Below, one piece after another: positions 1 through 8,867 of a stretch of 64,000 bases of DNA. Numbering within the stretch: the stretch's first letter is position 1; every line of letters starts with the position of its first letter. This DNA is from Deferribacterales bacterium (lineage in GTDB: Bacteria > Chrysiogenota > Deferribacteres > Deferribacterales > Geovibrionaceae), in assembly GCA_050253075.1 (NCBI GenBank), contig JBFWJS010000001.1, positions 416,001-480,000 on the forward strand, written 5' to 3'. The position numbers were made by a program, and so were the translations under genes. The notes under the pieces were generated by a model, which saw nothing but the letters and a program-made list of their open reading frames with translations, did not search any database and was not told the origin of the DNA.

Positions 1-686
1 TAAAGCGTCTTTCTGACCTCAGGGAGCAGCTTTGTCTGCAGTCTTTTGAATTTATCTTTGGTCTCCTGGCTCAGGTTGTTTATGTCGTCCAGTCTGTCTA
101 CCTCGTTGAAGGTCTCTCTGACAAGGTGCAGATAGTTTTCTGCAAGGTCGGAGAGCGTACTGGTATTTATAAACACGCGCTTACCTTTGGGCGGGTTGTT
201 TTTCAGATAGTTCCTTATTACCACACGTCCCGACGGCACTTTAACGTTCTTACGTTTTTTCACCGTTCTGGACATCTTCTTCACTTCGAGAGCCTCTATG
301 GTCTCTATGATGTCCTTTGGCGTGAAGATATAATGGTCTTTTCCGTCCAGAACCTCTTTGGTGTCCTTATTCAGGTCTGTATTGGTAAAGAAGAACAGCT
401 TTGTCATCCCTTCGTCGTTCATGGTACGCAGGATGTCCGTTGCGATGTAATGGTCTATCTCTGCTCCGCCTTTTACCAGCTCCATCCAGACAAGTGCGCT
501 GACGTTCTCATTCTTTGATGAGCGCCATATCTCAGCACGTCGGCGGTTCTCGTCCTCTTTCAGATTTCGGTGTGTGGCATAGGAGAAGTCGTGCATGACA
601 TCGGTGACATACTCGTAAAACTTCTTAAGGGGTATATTGAAAAAATCCTGATAAGAGATTTTTATTATATTATCTTGTTCGCTCAT
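1..686 (-). CDS. Hypothetical protein (runs off the left edge). N-terminal ~130 aa resemble a degenerate Mrr-like restriction-endonuclease fold
   Basis: Not in the ORF track. Manual translation from ATG at 686 gives MSEQDNIIKISYQDFFNIPLKKFYEYVTDVMHDFSY...LRTMNDEGMTKLFFFTNTDLNKDTKEVLDGKDHYIFTPKDII..., 228 codons with no stop to the window edge. The start overlaps the upstream gene's end by 17 nt. Confidence 0.75.
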   Translation of the reverse strand, partial: MSEQDNIIKISYQDFFNIPLKKFYEYVTDVMHDFSYATHRNLKEDENRRRAEIWRSSKNENVSALVWMELVKGGAEIDHYIATDILRTMNDEGMTKLFFFTNTDLNKDTKEVLDGKDHYIFTPKDIIETIEALEVKKMSRTVKKRKNVKVPSGRVVIRNYLKNNPPKGKRVFINTSTLSDLAENYLHLVRETFNEVDRLDDINNLSQETKDKFKRLQTKLLPEVRKTL

Positions 687-1566
687 ATAGTATCGCCCGC
701 CTGTTCAGAGGCTGGCCTTCCTTTTTATTTTCTGCAGCGGGGAAAGCAGGTCCGAGACCTATGGTCTTTATGCTGTTTTCGCCTATACCCTTATCCAGAA
801 GGAATTTTTTGAAAAAGTCGGCTCTCTTTACGGAAAGCTGAAAGTTGTCTGAATATTCGGGATTAGGTATTACCTTCACGTCGTCGGTATGTCCTATTAT
901 AACGTATTCTTTGTCAGATGAAACAGAATCGAGAACAGCCTTCTCTTCGGCCGTGAGCTCCTTTGTGAATTTACCCAGTGCGAAGTATACCGCACCCATA
1001 TTTTTAAGATTTGCGCTGAATATGCCGTTGTCGTCACATCCGCTTCCGTTCTTTTCAAATACTACCACGACGCTGCCGTCTTTGGTTATGTCGTCTATGG
1101 TGAATTCGTCACTTTCAGGGGTAGATGCGTCTCCATCCACGATGACGCTGCCGATCTTTTCACATGCGCCCGGGGTTAGCTTCAGCATGAGGCTGTCGCC
1201 GTTTGCGACATTCACATCACCGTCCGGCATAACTTCGCCTTCGCCTACTTTTGTTATCTTTATAAGGAATGTGGCAGGGTCGGCAGATGCATTTGCATCC
1301 ATTCCCCGCATACTGCCGGATGTCATTGCAGGTGTCTGTTCTTCTATGGAGAGTATCTGCCAGCCGTTTAGGGCTACGTTTTCACGTGCTTCTTCCTCAT
1401 TTTCGGCATAAACACGCAGCTGTGTTGTCACGTTTTTGCCCGGTCTGGTCACTATTACTTTGTATCGGTTTCTTTCGTTGGCGTAGCTATCGCCACCAGA
1501 TAAAGCGATTAAAATCGTTAGGACGCTTAGCAGCTTTAGGAGAGAGGTCACGGTAGTTATTTTCAC
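670..1566 (-). CDS. Exported OmpA/MotB-family peptidoglycan-binding protein with N-terminal extra domains
   Basis: Signal-peptide-like hydrophobic stretch. C-terminal OmpA-like motifs IIGHTD, NFQLSVKRA, GLG..FP..N and NRR. Start is uncertain: GTG 1566 chosen, track gives 1605. Confidence 0.8.
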   Translation of the reverse strand: MKITTVTSLLKLLSVLTILIALSGGDSYANERNRYKVIVTRPGKNVTTQLRVYAENEEEARENVALNGWQILSIEEQTPAMTSGSMRGMDANASADPATFLIKITKVGEGEVMPDGDVNVANGDSLMLKLTPGACEKIGSVIVDGDASTPESDEFTIDDITKDGSVVVVFEKNGSGCDDNGIFSANLKNMGAVYFALGKFTKELTAEEKAVLDSVSSDKEYVIIGHTDDVKVIPNPEYSDNFQLSVKRADFFKKFLLDKGIGENSIKTIGLGPAFPAAENKKEGQPLNRRAILYERTR

Positions 1567-1807
1567 CCAGTTTGTATTTTTGTGCTGCTTCATCAAAATT
1601 GTCACCTTTGATCGTGTCTACGATTATCAGCTCATAGATTACATCGCTTCCACCGTAGTATTTGAGGAAAGAGTTCGGAAGCATTTTCGAGGCGGTCTGG
1701 AATCTTCTCGACTCCGTGACCACCTCGTAAATATATATATCGGCTAATGCTGTTTGAGATATAAGTATAAATGCACTAACTATTGCGAGAGTTCGCCATA
1801 AGTTCAT
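1487..1807 (-). CDS. Small hypothetical exported protein (106 aa)
   Basis: Classical signal peptide (MNLWRTLAIVSAFILISQTALA-D). Fills the gap between cheA and the OmpA gene on the same strand and overlaps both. Confidence 0.65.
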   Translation of the reverse strand: MNLWRTLAIVSAFILISQTALADIYIYEVVTESRRFQTASKMLPNSFLKYYGGSDVIYELIIVDTIKGDNFDEAAQKYKLGENNYRDLSPKAAKRPNDFNRFIWWR

Positions 1808-3863
1808 CTATCTTATCCAGCAATGTCTGCAGGTTAAGCGGTTTAAGCATGAAGGCGTCAATGCCGGCTGCGGATATCTTCTTTCTTTCAGATATCTCAG
1901 AACGTCCTGATATGGCGATGATAGGTTTTTCAAAGCCTTTTTCACGGAGGTTCCTGGCAACTTCATATCCGTCCATCTCAGGCATCATTATGTCTGTGAT
2001 GATGAAGTCCGGATCAACCTTTTCAAAGACCTTTAAGAGGTCCTTACCGCTTGTAACTTCCTTACTCTCTATCCAGCCAGTGGAGGAGAGAAGTCTGTTT
2101 ATTATCTTTCTGTCTGTGGCAGAGTCGTCCACTATCAGCGCTGTTATTTTGTTCATGTTTTTCTTCTCGGTGACTGCGGCGTTCTTCTTCTTACGGAATC
2201 TGCGAGGCATCTTCTGAGCTATTTCCATAACACCGGCAACGTCTATGATGAGTCTTACACGGCCGTCGCCCATGATTGTAGCGCCTGCGATCCCTTCATT
2301 TCCGCTGAGGTAGTCGCCGAGGGATTTGATAACGATCTCTTCCTGTCCGACGAGCTTGTTAACGACAAATCCGAGTCTCTTCTCAGCGAGCCCCACAACA
2401 ACGACGTAGATGTCGTCATCGAGAGATTCCTGAAGCTCGTATATCTCGTCCAGACGGATGAGGGAGAGAACAGAATCTCTCAGCTTAAGAACCTCACGTC
2501 CTTCGAAGCTGTGGATCTCTGTCTCTTTGATGCGTACTGTCTCGATAACCGACACGAGAGGTATCGCAAATATTTCACCGGATATATCAACAAGGAGCGC
2601 CTGGATGATGGCGAGTGTGAGCGGCAGTTTAAGGCGGAAACGTGTTCCCACGCCGAGCTCAGACTCGATGTTGATGATACCGTTAAGTTTTTCAATGTTG
2701 GTTTTAACAACGTCCATGCCCACGCCACGTCCGGAAACGTCGGTGATCTTGGCCGCTGTGGAGAATCCAGGCTTAAATACGAGTCCGTATGCAGCTTCAG
2801 GATCCATGTTCTTCGCTTCGTCTGCTGTGATAACGCCTTTTTCCACGGCTTTCATCTTCAGCACTTCGGCATCCATACCGGCACCGTCGTCTTTGATCTC
2901 TACGACAATGTGGTTACCTTCGTGATAAGCAGAAAGGTTAACAGTACCTTTGTCAGGTTTGCCCTTCTTACGTCTCTTGTCAGGATGCTCTACACCGTGG
3001 TCAACAGAGTTTCTGATCATGTGGATAAGCGGGTCGCCTATCTCTTCCACTACAGATTTATCAAGCTCTGTCTCCTCACCGGAGATGACGAGGTCTACAT
3101 CTTTACCCATATCACGGCAAAGGTCGCGTACCATTCTTGGGAATTTATTGAAGACCTTGCCGATAGGCACCATTCTGGTCTTCATAACGGCGAGCTGGAG
3201 CTCAGTAGTGATAAGTCCTATCTGGGATGTTGTCTCCATGAGCTGCTCGATGAGGAATTCGCCTTCGAATTTCTTTTCGAGGTCGCCGGATATCTGTCCG
3301 ATACGGTTACGGGAGAGAACGAGCTCACCCACGAGGTTCATAAGGGAGTCGAGACGGGAAACATCCACACGGATGGTCTGCTCGATAGACATAGCGGCTT
3401 TTTTGACCTGCTCCACATTCTTTTGCGGAGCGGATGCGCCGCCGCCTGATGAAGGTCTGCCGCCTGAGTCGGGCAGTTTGCCGTCGTTGGCGAGTTTCAG
3501 TCTGTTTATAAGGTCGGTGACATCGGCATTGTTGGTGCCTTCTTTGATGTCGCTGACGATTGTTTTAGTAGAGTCGACAAACTCGAGAAGAATGTCCATG
3601 ATGCCCGGTGTAACGGTGATCTCATTCTTTCTCAGTTTATTAAGGATCTCTTCAGCGTGGTGTGTCACGCTGCTCATTTTATCGAAACCGAGGAAAGAGG
3701 AAGCACCCTTCATGGTGTGTGCGCCTCTGAATATTTTATTAAGAAGGTCGAGGTCGTCCTTGCGTGTTTCGAGCTCCACAAGGTCGTGGTCGAGAGCTTC
3801 GATTATCTCTTCAGTCTCTAAAATAAAATCCTGTACAAGGTCCTGCATATCGTTATTGCTCAT
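1776..3863 (-). CDS. cheA: Chemotaxis histidine kinase CheA with C-terminal receiver domain
   Basis: Hpt motif IFRGAHTMKG, dimerisation domain, HATPase (RNSVDHG, DDGAG, SGRGVGMDVV), CheW-like domain, and C-terminal REC (LIVDD, TDIMMP, KP). Confidence 0.97.
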   Translation of the reverse strand: MSNNDMQDLVQDFILETEEIIEALDHDLVELETRKDDLDLLNKIFRGAHTMKGASSFLGFDKMSSVTHHAEEILNKLRKNEITVTPGIMDILLEFVDSTKTIVSDIKEGTNNADVTDLINRLKLANDGKLPDSGGRPSSGGGASAPQKNVEQVKKAAMSIEQTIRVDVSRLDSLMNLVGELVLSRNRIGQISGDLEKKFEGEFLIEQLMETTSQIGLITTELQLAVMKTRMVPIGKVFNKFPRMVRDLCRDMGKDVDLVISGEETELDKSVVEEIGDPLIHMIRNSVDHGVEHPDKRRKKGKPDKGTVNLSAYHEGNHIVVEIKDDGAGMDAEVLKMKAVEKGVITADEAKNMDPEAAYGLVFKPGFSTAAKITDVSGRGVGMDVVKTNIEKLNGIINIESELGVGTRFRLKLPLTLAIIQALLVDISGEIFAIPLVSVIETVRIKETEIHSFEGREVLKLRDSVLSLIRLDEIYELQESLDDDIYVVVVGLAEKRLGFVVNKLVGQEEIVIKSLGDYLSGNEGIAGATIMGDGRVRLIIDVAGVMEIAQKMPRRFRKKKNAAVTEKKNMNKITALIVDDSATDRKIINRLLSSTGWIESKEVTSGKDLLKVFEKVDPDFIITDIMMPEMDGYEVARNLREKGFEKPIIAISGRSEISERKKISAAGIDAFMLKPLNLQTLLDKIDELMANSRNS

Positions 3864-3878
3864 GGTCCCCTCCAGACC

Positions 3879-4511
3879 TTATTGTCCGAACTCTTTCATA
3901 AGTTCGTCAACAAGATTCTGATCTTCAAGCAGATCTTTCTTTTTCTTTAATTGGTCGAGAGCTTCAACATCGATCTTATCTTCCTTAACGCCGTACATGA
4001 CGACAAGGTGAGAAAGTCTCTCCTGAAGGTCGTATATTATTTTAACAAGCTTATCTATTTTTTGCTTGGTAATATCTTGAAATTCGAGAGAAGCTATAAT
4101 GTCGAAGGAAGTATCCTGTCCTGACAATGCTTTATCTCTGAGTCTGTCTATGATGCCGCCTGTCTGGCCAAACTTTTTAGCTTCGATATCTTTTTTAAGT
4201 GTCTGTAGATTGTCTTTTATAGCGTCACCGACAAAGTTTATCTGATCGACGCAGGAAAGCACGTTTTCAGATGCTGTTTTAGAGTCGCTGATGATGCTCT
4301 GAAGTGTCTCCTCAAAACCGGGGAGGTCTTCATAGCTGTCTTCGACGGTGTCGTGAACTGTTTGAAGTTTTTCAATAGAATCGCTAAAATATTGGGCGAT
4401 ATGAAATAATTCGTTCTCGGTGTTGACATCAACGCTGACAACGTCATAGTTTCCTTCATTAATGCTTCTGGCTATGTCCAGAAGTTCGTTGATGTCTTTG
4501 TACTCAGACAT
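3879..4511 (-). CDS. cheZ: CheZ-like CheY phosphatase
   Basis: Helical protein with LEFQDITKQKI (DxxxQ) motif and C-terminal QNLVDELMKEFG CheY-binding peptide. Lies between cheY and cheA. Confidence 0.8.
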   Translation of the reverse strand: MSEYKDINELLDIARSINEGNYDVVSVDVNTENELFHIAQYFSDSIEKLQTVHDTVEDSYEDLPGFEETLQSIISDSKTASENVLSCVDQINFVGDAIKDNLQTLKKDIEAKKFGQTGGIIDRLRDKALSGQDTSFDIIASLEFQDITKQKIDKLVKIIYDLQERLSHLVVMYGVKEDKIDVEALDQLKKKKDLLEDQNLVDELMKEFGQ

Positions 4512-4513
4512 GG

Positions 4514-4891
4514 TTAAATACCGAGAAGCTTATTCACCTTTTCCTGAAGTGTATCTGGTGTGAAAGGCTTTACAACATAGTTGTTCACACCGCTTCTAAG
4601 AGCTGTAAGGATATCCTCTTTAGCGGCCTCTGTAGTGACCATAAGGATAGGTGTGTCCTTATATTCCTCTTTAGAACGCAGAGTTTTCACAAAGGTGAGC
4701 CCGTCCATCTCAGGCATGTTCCAGTCTGTGATGATCATGTCGACTTCGTTTTTCGCCAGGACATCAAGACCTTCAACACCGTTTGCAGCTTCAAGAACAT
4801 TGGTGAAACCAAGCTTAGTAAGGGTGTTTTTAATGATTCTTCTCATTGTTGAAGAGTCATCGACTGTTATTATAACGTGATCGTGAGCCAT
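4514..4891 (-). CDS. cheY: Chemotaxis response regulator CheY
   Basis: VDDSSTMRRII, TDWNMPEMDG, VTTE and KPF motifs. Confidence 0.95.
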   Translation of the reverse strand: MAHDHVIITVDDSSTMRRIIKNTLTKLGFTNVLEAANGVEGLDVLAKNEVDMIITDWNMPEMDGLTFVKTLRSKEEYKDTPILMVTTEAAKEDILTALRSGVNNYVVKPFTPDTLQEKVNKLLGI

Positions 4892-4948
4892 TTCTGGTCC
4901 TCCACCTTGTTTCTCTTATTTATATTATTTCCAAAATGATTCGCTGTG

Positions 4949-5845
4949 TCAATCTTTTAATTTTTTAATTCTTTCAGCTCGACTGACAATTTCTTTAATC
5001 CTAAAACCAAAATAACCGTCGACGATTACAACCTCGCCTCTGGCTATTACCTTATTGTTTATAACGAGCTCCACAGGCTCATCTGCTGATTCGTCCAGCT
5101 CGATGATATTACCTGAGCCCATAGTTAGTATATCCTTTAAAAACATTTTTGTAGAGCCCATTTTTACACTTACAGGAACATCAATGTCCAAAAGGAGGTC
5201 TAAGTTAGACGGTGCATGACCATCAAACCCGCCACCACCGCTGGATACAGGCATGTCGTCGTCATCATCGGGAAAAGTGAATGCAGCACCAAAATCCGGC
5301 TCATCATCACCCGATCCGAACTGATCCATAAGTTTCAGATCTGTGTATAAACGAAAAGTCGTATTCTGTCCGCCTATCCCGAGAGATGCGTCAACTATCA
5401 TGTATTCCTCTGCCTGAAAGAGCGCAGGGGCATCATTTACCATAACATCGTCTATGCGCAGGGAAATCTTTACACCTGTTTTTTCTTCTAACGGAACGGC
5501 AAGTGCAGCCAGAACCTGAGAAGCAAGTTCCTTCACGGCATCCTTGTCGTCCTCTTCCAGAGAGTCCTTCCCCGGCTCGTCCATCATCATCATGAGGTTC
5601 GTCAGGTATGTTATGTCTATTGTTTTGAAGATGAGACCGACTTCCATGCCGGATTTCTCCTCAGTGGCAAGGATGAGTGTCTGCCCTTCGTATCCTTGTG
5701 CGATATCGTCCGGTGCGCCTTCTGATATATCAGGGAAAGATACCTTTATGTCTTTGTCAAACATGCTGTCCAGCGTAGACTGGAAGATATCTTTTGCGAC
5801 GCCTGTAAAAGTTCCGTGTTTGGCTTCACTCAGCGGGGTTTTCAT
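4949..5845 (-). CDS. fliN: Flagellar motor switch protein FliN/FliY-like (CheC-like N-domain plus SpoA domain)
   Basis: C-terminal NLDLLLDIDVPVSV...IARGEVVIVDGYFGFRI. 298 aa, directly after fliM. Confidence 0.88.
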   Translation of the reverse strand: MKTPLSEAKHGTFTGVAKDIFQSTLDSMFDKDIKVSFPDISEGAPDDIAQGYEGQTLILATEEKSGMEVGLIFKTIDITYLTNLMMMMDEPGKDSLEEDDKDAVKELASQVLAALAVPLEEKTGVKISLRIDDVMVNDAPALFQAEEYMIVDASLGIGGQNTTFRLYTDLKLMDQFGSGDDEPDFGAAFTFPDDDDDMPVSSGGGGFDGHAPSNLDLLLDIDVPVSVKMGSTKMFLKDILTMGSGNIIELDESADEPVELVINNKVIARGEVVIVDGYFGFRIKEIVSRAERIKKLKD

Positions 5846-6836
5846 CTTCTGACTCCGTTATAAATTGTGTGATCTTAACTGCCTTTTTCACCCCGAGAGT
5901 ACCAACCTCGCCGAGGAATTTCATCTTATTATTAAAATGTATTTCGACAGGTCTGTCCTGTTTGGTATTAAACATGATCAGATCGCCGTCTTTAAGGTCC
6001 AGTATATCTTCGATGGTGAGCTTGTTGTGTCCGAGGTAAATGTTAGTAGGTACTTCGGTATCAGCAAGCATATGCATGATCTCGTTCTCTTTCTCTCCGT
6101 CCAGCCCCTTCTTCGCCCCGATGAGCCAGTCGCTGGAGCTGATCTTGCCCAGTACGGGTTCAAGGACAATCGCAGGGATACAAAGGTTCATCATGCCGAG
6201 CACATCGCCGAATTTCACTTCGCATACCACGAGTATGACAACCTCATTCTGGGATACGATCTGGATGATGTGCGGGCTGTTCTCACTGATCTCTTTCTTC
6301 AGCCTGATGTTAGGGATGATCTGTCTCCAGACCTCCTCCAGATCTTTCAGTATCAGTCCGAGAATACCGTCCATGATGTGCTGTTCGAGGGTGGTCAGCT
6401 CTCTTGTCTGAAAGAGCGCTTTCCCTGTGCCTCCCAGCAGTTTATCCACAATGGGGAAAACGAGCGAAGGGTTAATCTCCAGTACGGTGTTACCCTCCAT
6501 CGGTATCATGGATATAATGTTGAAACTGGTCGGGTCGGGGAGAGACATAAGGAATTCCCCGTATGTCATCTGGTCCACGGATGTCAGCGTGATGTCCGTG
6601 ATGGTACGCAGATAATTTGAAAGTGTGGAAGAGAAGTTTCTCGCAAATTTGTCGTGCAGGTTGCGTATAGAACGAAGCTGTTCCTTACTGACACGGTCAG
6701 GTCTGCGGAAGTCATAAACAGATATCTTCTTCGGGACGAAGTCCAACTGTTCGACTTTCTCGTCGGCTATCTCTTCGTCTGTAGAAACTGTAGACAAGAG
6801 GGCGTCAATCTCCTCCTGACTTAGAATATCTGCCAT
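5826..6836 (-). CDS. fliM: Flagellar motor switch protein FliM
   Basis: N-terminal ILSQEEIDALL CheY-binding motif, YDFRRPDRVSKEQLR and LLGG. Confidence 0.97.
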   Translation of the reverse strand: MADILSQEEIDALLSTVSTDEEIADEKVEQLDFVPKKISVYDFRRPDRVSKEQLRSIRNLHDKFARNFSSTLSNYLRTITDITLTSVDQMTYGEFLMSLPDPTSFNIISMIPMEGNTVLEINPSLVFPIVDKLLGGTGKALFQTRELTTLEQHIMDGILGLILKDLEEVWRQIIPNIRLKKEISENSPHIIQIVSQNEVVILVVCEVKFGDVLGMMNLCIPAIVLEPVLGKISSSDWLIGAKKGLDGEKENEIMHMLADTEVPTNIYLGHNKLTIEDILDLKDGDLIMFNTKQDRPVEIHFNNKMKFLGEVGTLGVKKAVKITQFITESEDENPAE

Positions 6837-6943
6837 TTTTTACCCTTATGCTTCGTTATATCAAAGCTCATTTGCTAGATGCAAACTTCGCTTTGCTCTG
6901 CCTCGCCTAAGGCTTAAAAACCTTGCGAGACAAACTGTATAAA

Positions 6944-7000
6944 GTCATCCTGAGTGCAACGAAGGATCTGTATCCGACTCTTCGTAATACCTCAAAGTCT
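6944..7000. repeat. Degenerate CGTC-type REP-like palindrome (copy 1)
   Basis: GTCATCCTGAGTGCAACGAAGGATCTG left unit is intact. The right unit is decayed (GACTCTTCGTAATACCTCAAAGTCT). Confidence 0.7.
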
Positions 7001-7005
7001 ATTAC

Positions 7006-8103
7006 TTACTTAACGTGTGCGACTATGCGCTGATAAATCTCTGTAAGGGGCACGACCTCGTCCTGATATCCTGCGTCTATGACAGCTCTGGGCATGCCGT
7101 AAACTATGCAGGATGGCTCGTCCTGTGCGATAACACTGCCGCCTTTCAGCTTAAGGAGCTGGAGCCCCTTCATGCCGTCTGCGCCCATACCCGTCATGAT
7201 GACACCGAGGGCGTCTTTACCGCATACTTCCGCAACGGAAGCAGCCGTAACGTCTACACTAGGTATGTGCAGCGTGGTGGAAGGCTCTGTGCCGACATCA
7301 GTGTAAAGATGTCCGCCGACCCTCTTTATCTTCATGTGTGTGCCGCCTTTGGCGATGTACACATGATTAGGCTCGAGCTGTTCTTTCCCCTGAGCTTCCA
7401 CAACGGTGAGCTTGCTGAGGGAGTCGAGTCTCTGAGCCAGAGATTTCGTAAAGTTAGGCGGCATGTGCTGTACGATAAGCACGGGTACGCCGAGGTCTGC
7501 GGGTAGCATCGGGATGACCTTCTGCAGAGACTGTGGTCCGCCTGTGGATGTACCTATCACCACCAGCTTCTTCTTAGATGTCACTCTTGGTGCCGGTCTT
7601 GGGATGGTAACGGTAGAAGGAGCTGCCGGAGAAGGCTTGCCCAGAGTATAGCCTGATGTATTCACGGAAGGTCTTGATATTGAAGGTCTTCTGAAAAACA
7701 TCTTCTTCGCACCGAATCCTTTGACCTTAGCAATGAGCTGGTCTTCTATCTTCATAACGCCGAAAGAGGCGAACGATTTATCTTTCGGTATAAAGTCAAC
7801 TGCTCCGAGGTCGAGAGCCTTAAGTGTGGCGTCTGCGCCCTCTGTTGTCAGCGAGCTGACCATTATCACGGGGAGAGGGTTCTCCGCCATGATCTTCTGA
7901 AGGGCTGTGAGCCCGTCCATTTGAGGCATTTCTATGTCTAGTGTCATGACATCAGGTTTAAGGTCTTTAACTTTCTGTACTGCCTCCACCCCGTTCCTGG
8001 CAGTACCGACAATGACAATGTCAGAGTCTTTTTTGACCATATTTTCGATGGCTTTTCTCATGAATGCGGAATCATCCACAACAAGCAGCTTTACTTGAGG
8101 CAT
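7006..8103 (-). CDS. cheB: Chemotaxis methylesterase CheB
   Basis: REC domain plus GTSTGGP, QHMP and TGMGADG motifs. Confidence 0.97.
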   Translation of the reverse strand: MPQVKLLVVDDSAFMRKAIENMVKKDSDIVIVGTARNGVEAVQKVKDLKPDVMTLDIEMPQMDGLTALQKIMAENPLPVIMVSSLTTEGADATLKALDLGAVDFIPKDKSFASFGVMKIEDQLIAKVKGFGAKKMFFRRPSISRPSVNTSGYTLGKPSPAAPSTVTIPRPAPRVTSKKKLVVIGTSTGGPQSLQKVIPMLPADLGVPVLIVQHMPPNFTKSLAQRLDSLSKLTVVEAQGKEQLEPNHVYIAKGGTHMKIKRVGGHLYTDVGTEPSTTLHIPSVDVTAASVAEVCGKDALGVIMTGMGADGMKGLQLLKLKGGSVIAQDEPSCIVYGMPRAVIDAGYQDEVVPLTEIYQRIVAHVK

Positions 8104-8129
8104 ATATCTGCTCCTGCTTTAATAATCAT

Positions 8130-8867
8130 TTAATACAATTCTTTAAGTTTCTTTTTCAGCTTGTCAGTAGCCGCAGAATGTATTTGTGAAACGCGGGATT
8201 CTGTAATGCCTAGAACCATCGCGATCTCTTTCATGGTGAGTTCTTCGTAGTAGTAGAGTGATATGACGTATTTCTCTTTTTCGCCGAGTGCGTCTATCTC
8301 TTCTCCAAGTTTGCCTATAAGGCGCATTTTCACAGTCTCGTCCTCAGGGGTCAGCCCTGTGCTTTTGATAAAGTCGACGAGGTTTGTATCCCCCTCGGGG
8401 CCGACAGTTTCGTCCAGAGAGAGTATCTTATCGTTTTCCATCAGCTCGAGCAGTCTGTAGACCTCCTGTTCGGAGAAGTCGCTGTTTGCGACGATCTCTT
8501 CCACATTAGGCTTTGCTCCGGCTGTGCGGTAGTGGTTTTCTATGTGGCGTTCGAGCTGTTTCAGCCTTGTACGCACGTTTCTCGGAAGGTAGTCAAGGTT
8601 ACGCAGGGTGTCGAGAATAGCACCCTTTATGCGGCGTTCGCCGAATGTATAGAAGTTAACATTTCTGTCTTTGTCAAACCTCTCTAGAGACTCGATGAGC
8701 CCCAGACAGGCGGAAGAGTAGAGATCGTCCACGTCGACGGTATCGGGCAGAGTGGTACTGATGCGCAGTACCCAAGATTTGATTTTCGGCATGAATTCAA
8801 GGATGATCTGATCCTTCTCTTCCCTGCTGAATCTGTTGCCGGCTGCGGATGATCCGTATCCTGTCAC
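8130..8867 (-). CDS. fliA: Flagellar sigma factor sigma-28
   Basis: RIKGAILDTLR, LSLDE and YYYEELTMKEIA...ITESRVSQIH motifs. Confidence 0.95.
   Translation of the reverse strand: MTGYGSSAAGNRFSREEKDQIILEFMPKIKSWVLRISTTLPDTVDVDDLYSSACLGLIESLERFDKDRNVNFYTFGERRIKGAILDTLRNLDYLPRNVRTRLKQLERHIENHYRTAGAKPNVEEIVANSDFSEQEVYRLLELMENDKILSLDETVGPEGDTNLVDFIKSTGLTPEDETVKMRLIGKLGEEIDALGEKEKYVISLYYYEELTMKEIAMVLGITESRVSQIHSAATDKLKKKLKELY

Noticed and set aside
126..812. Plus-strand ORFs 126-518 and 570-812 in the track
   Set aside because: The real gene appears to be the uninterrupted minus-strand ORF starting at 686, which continues the operon.
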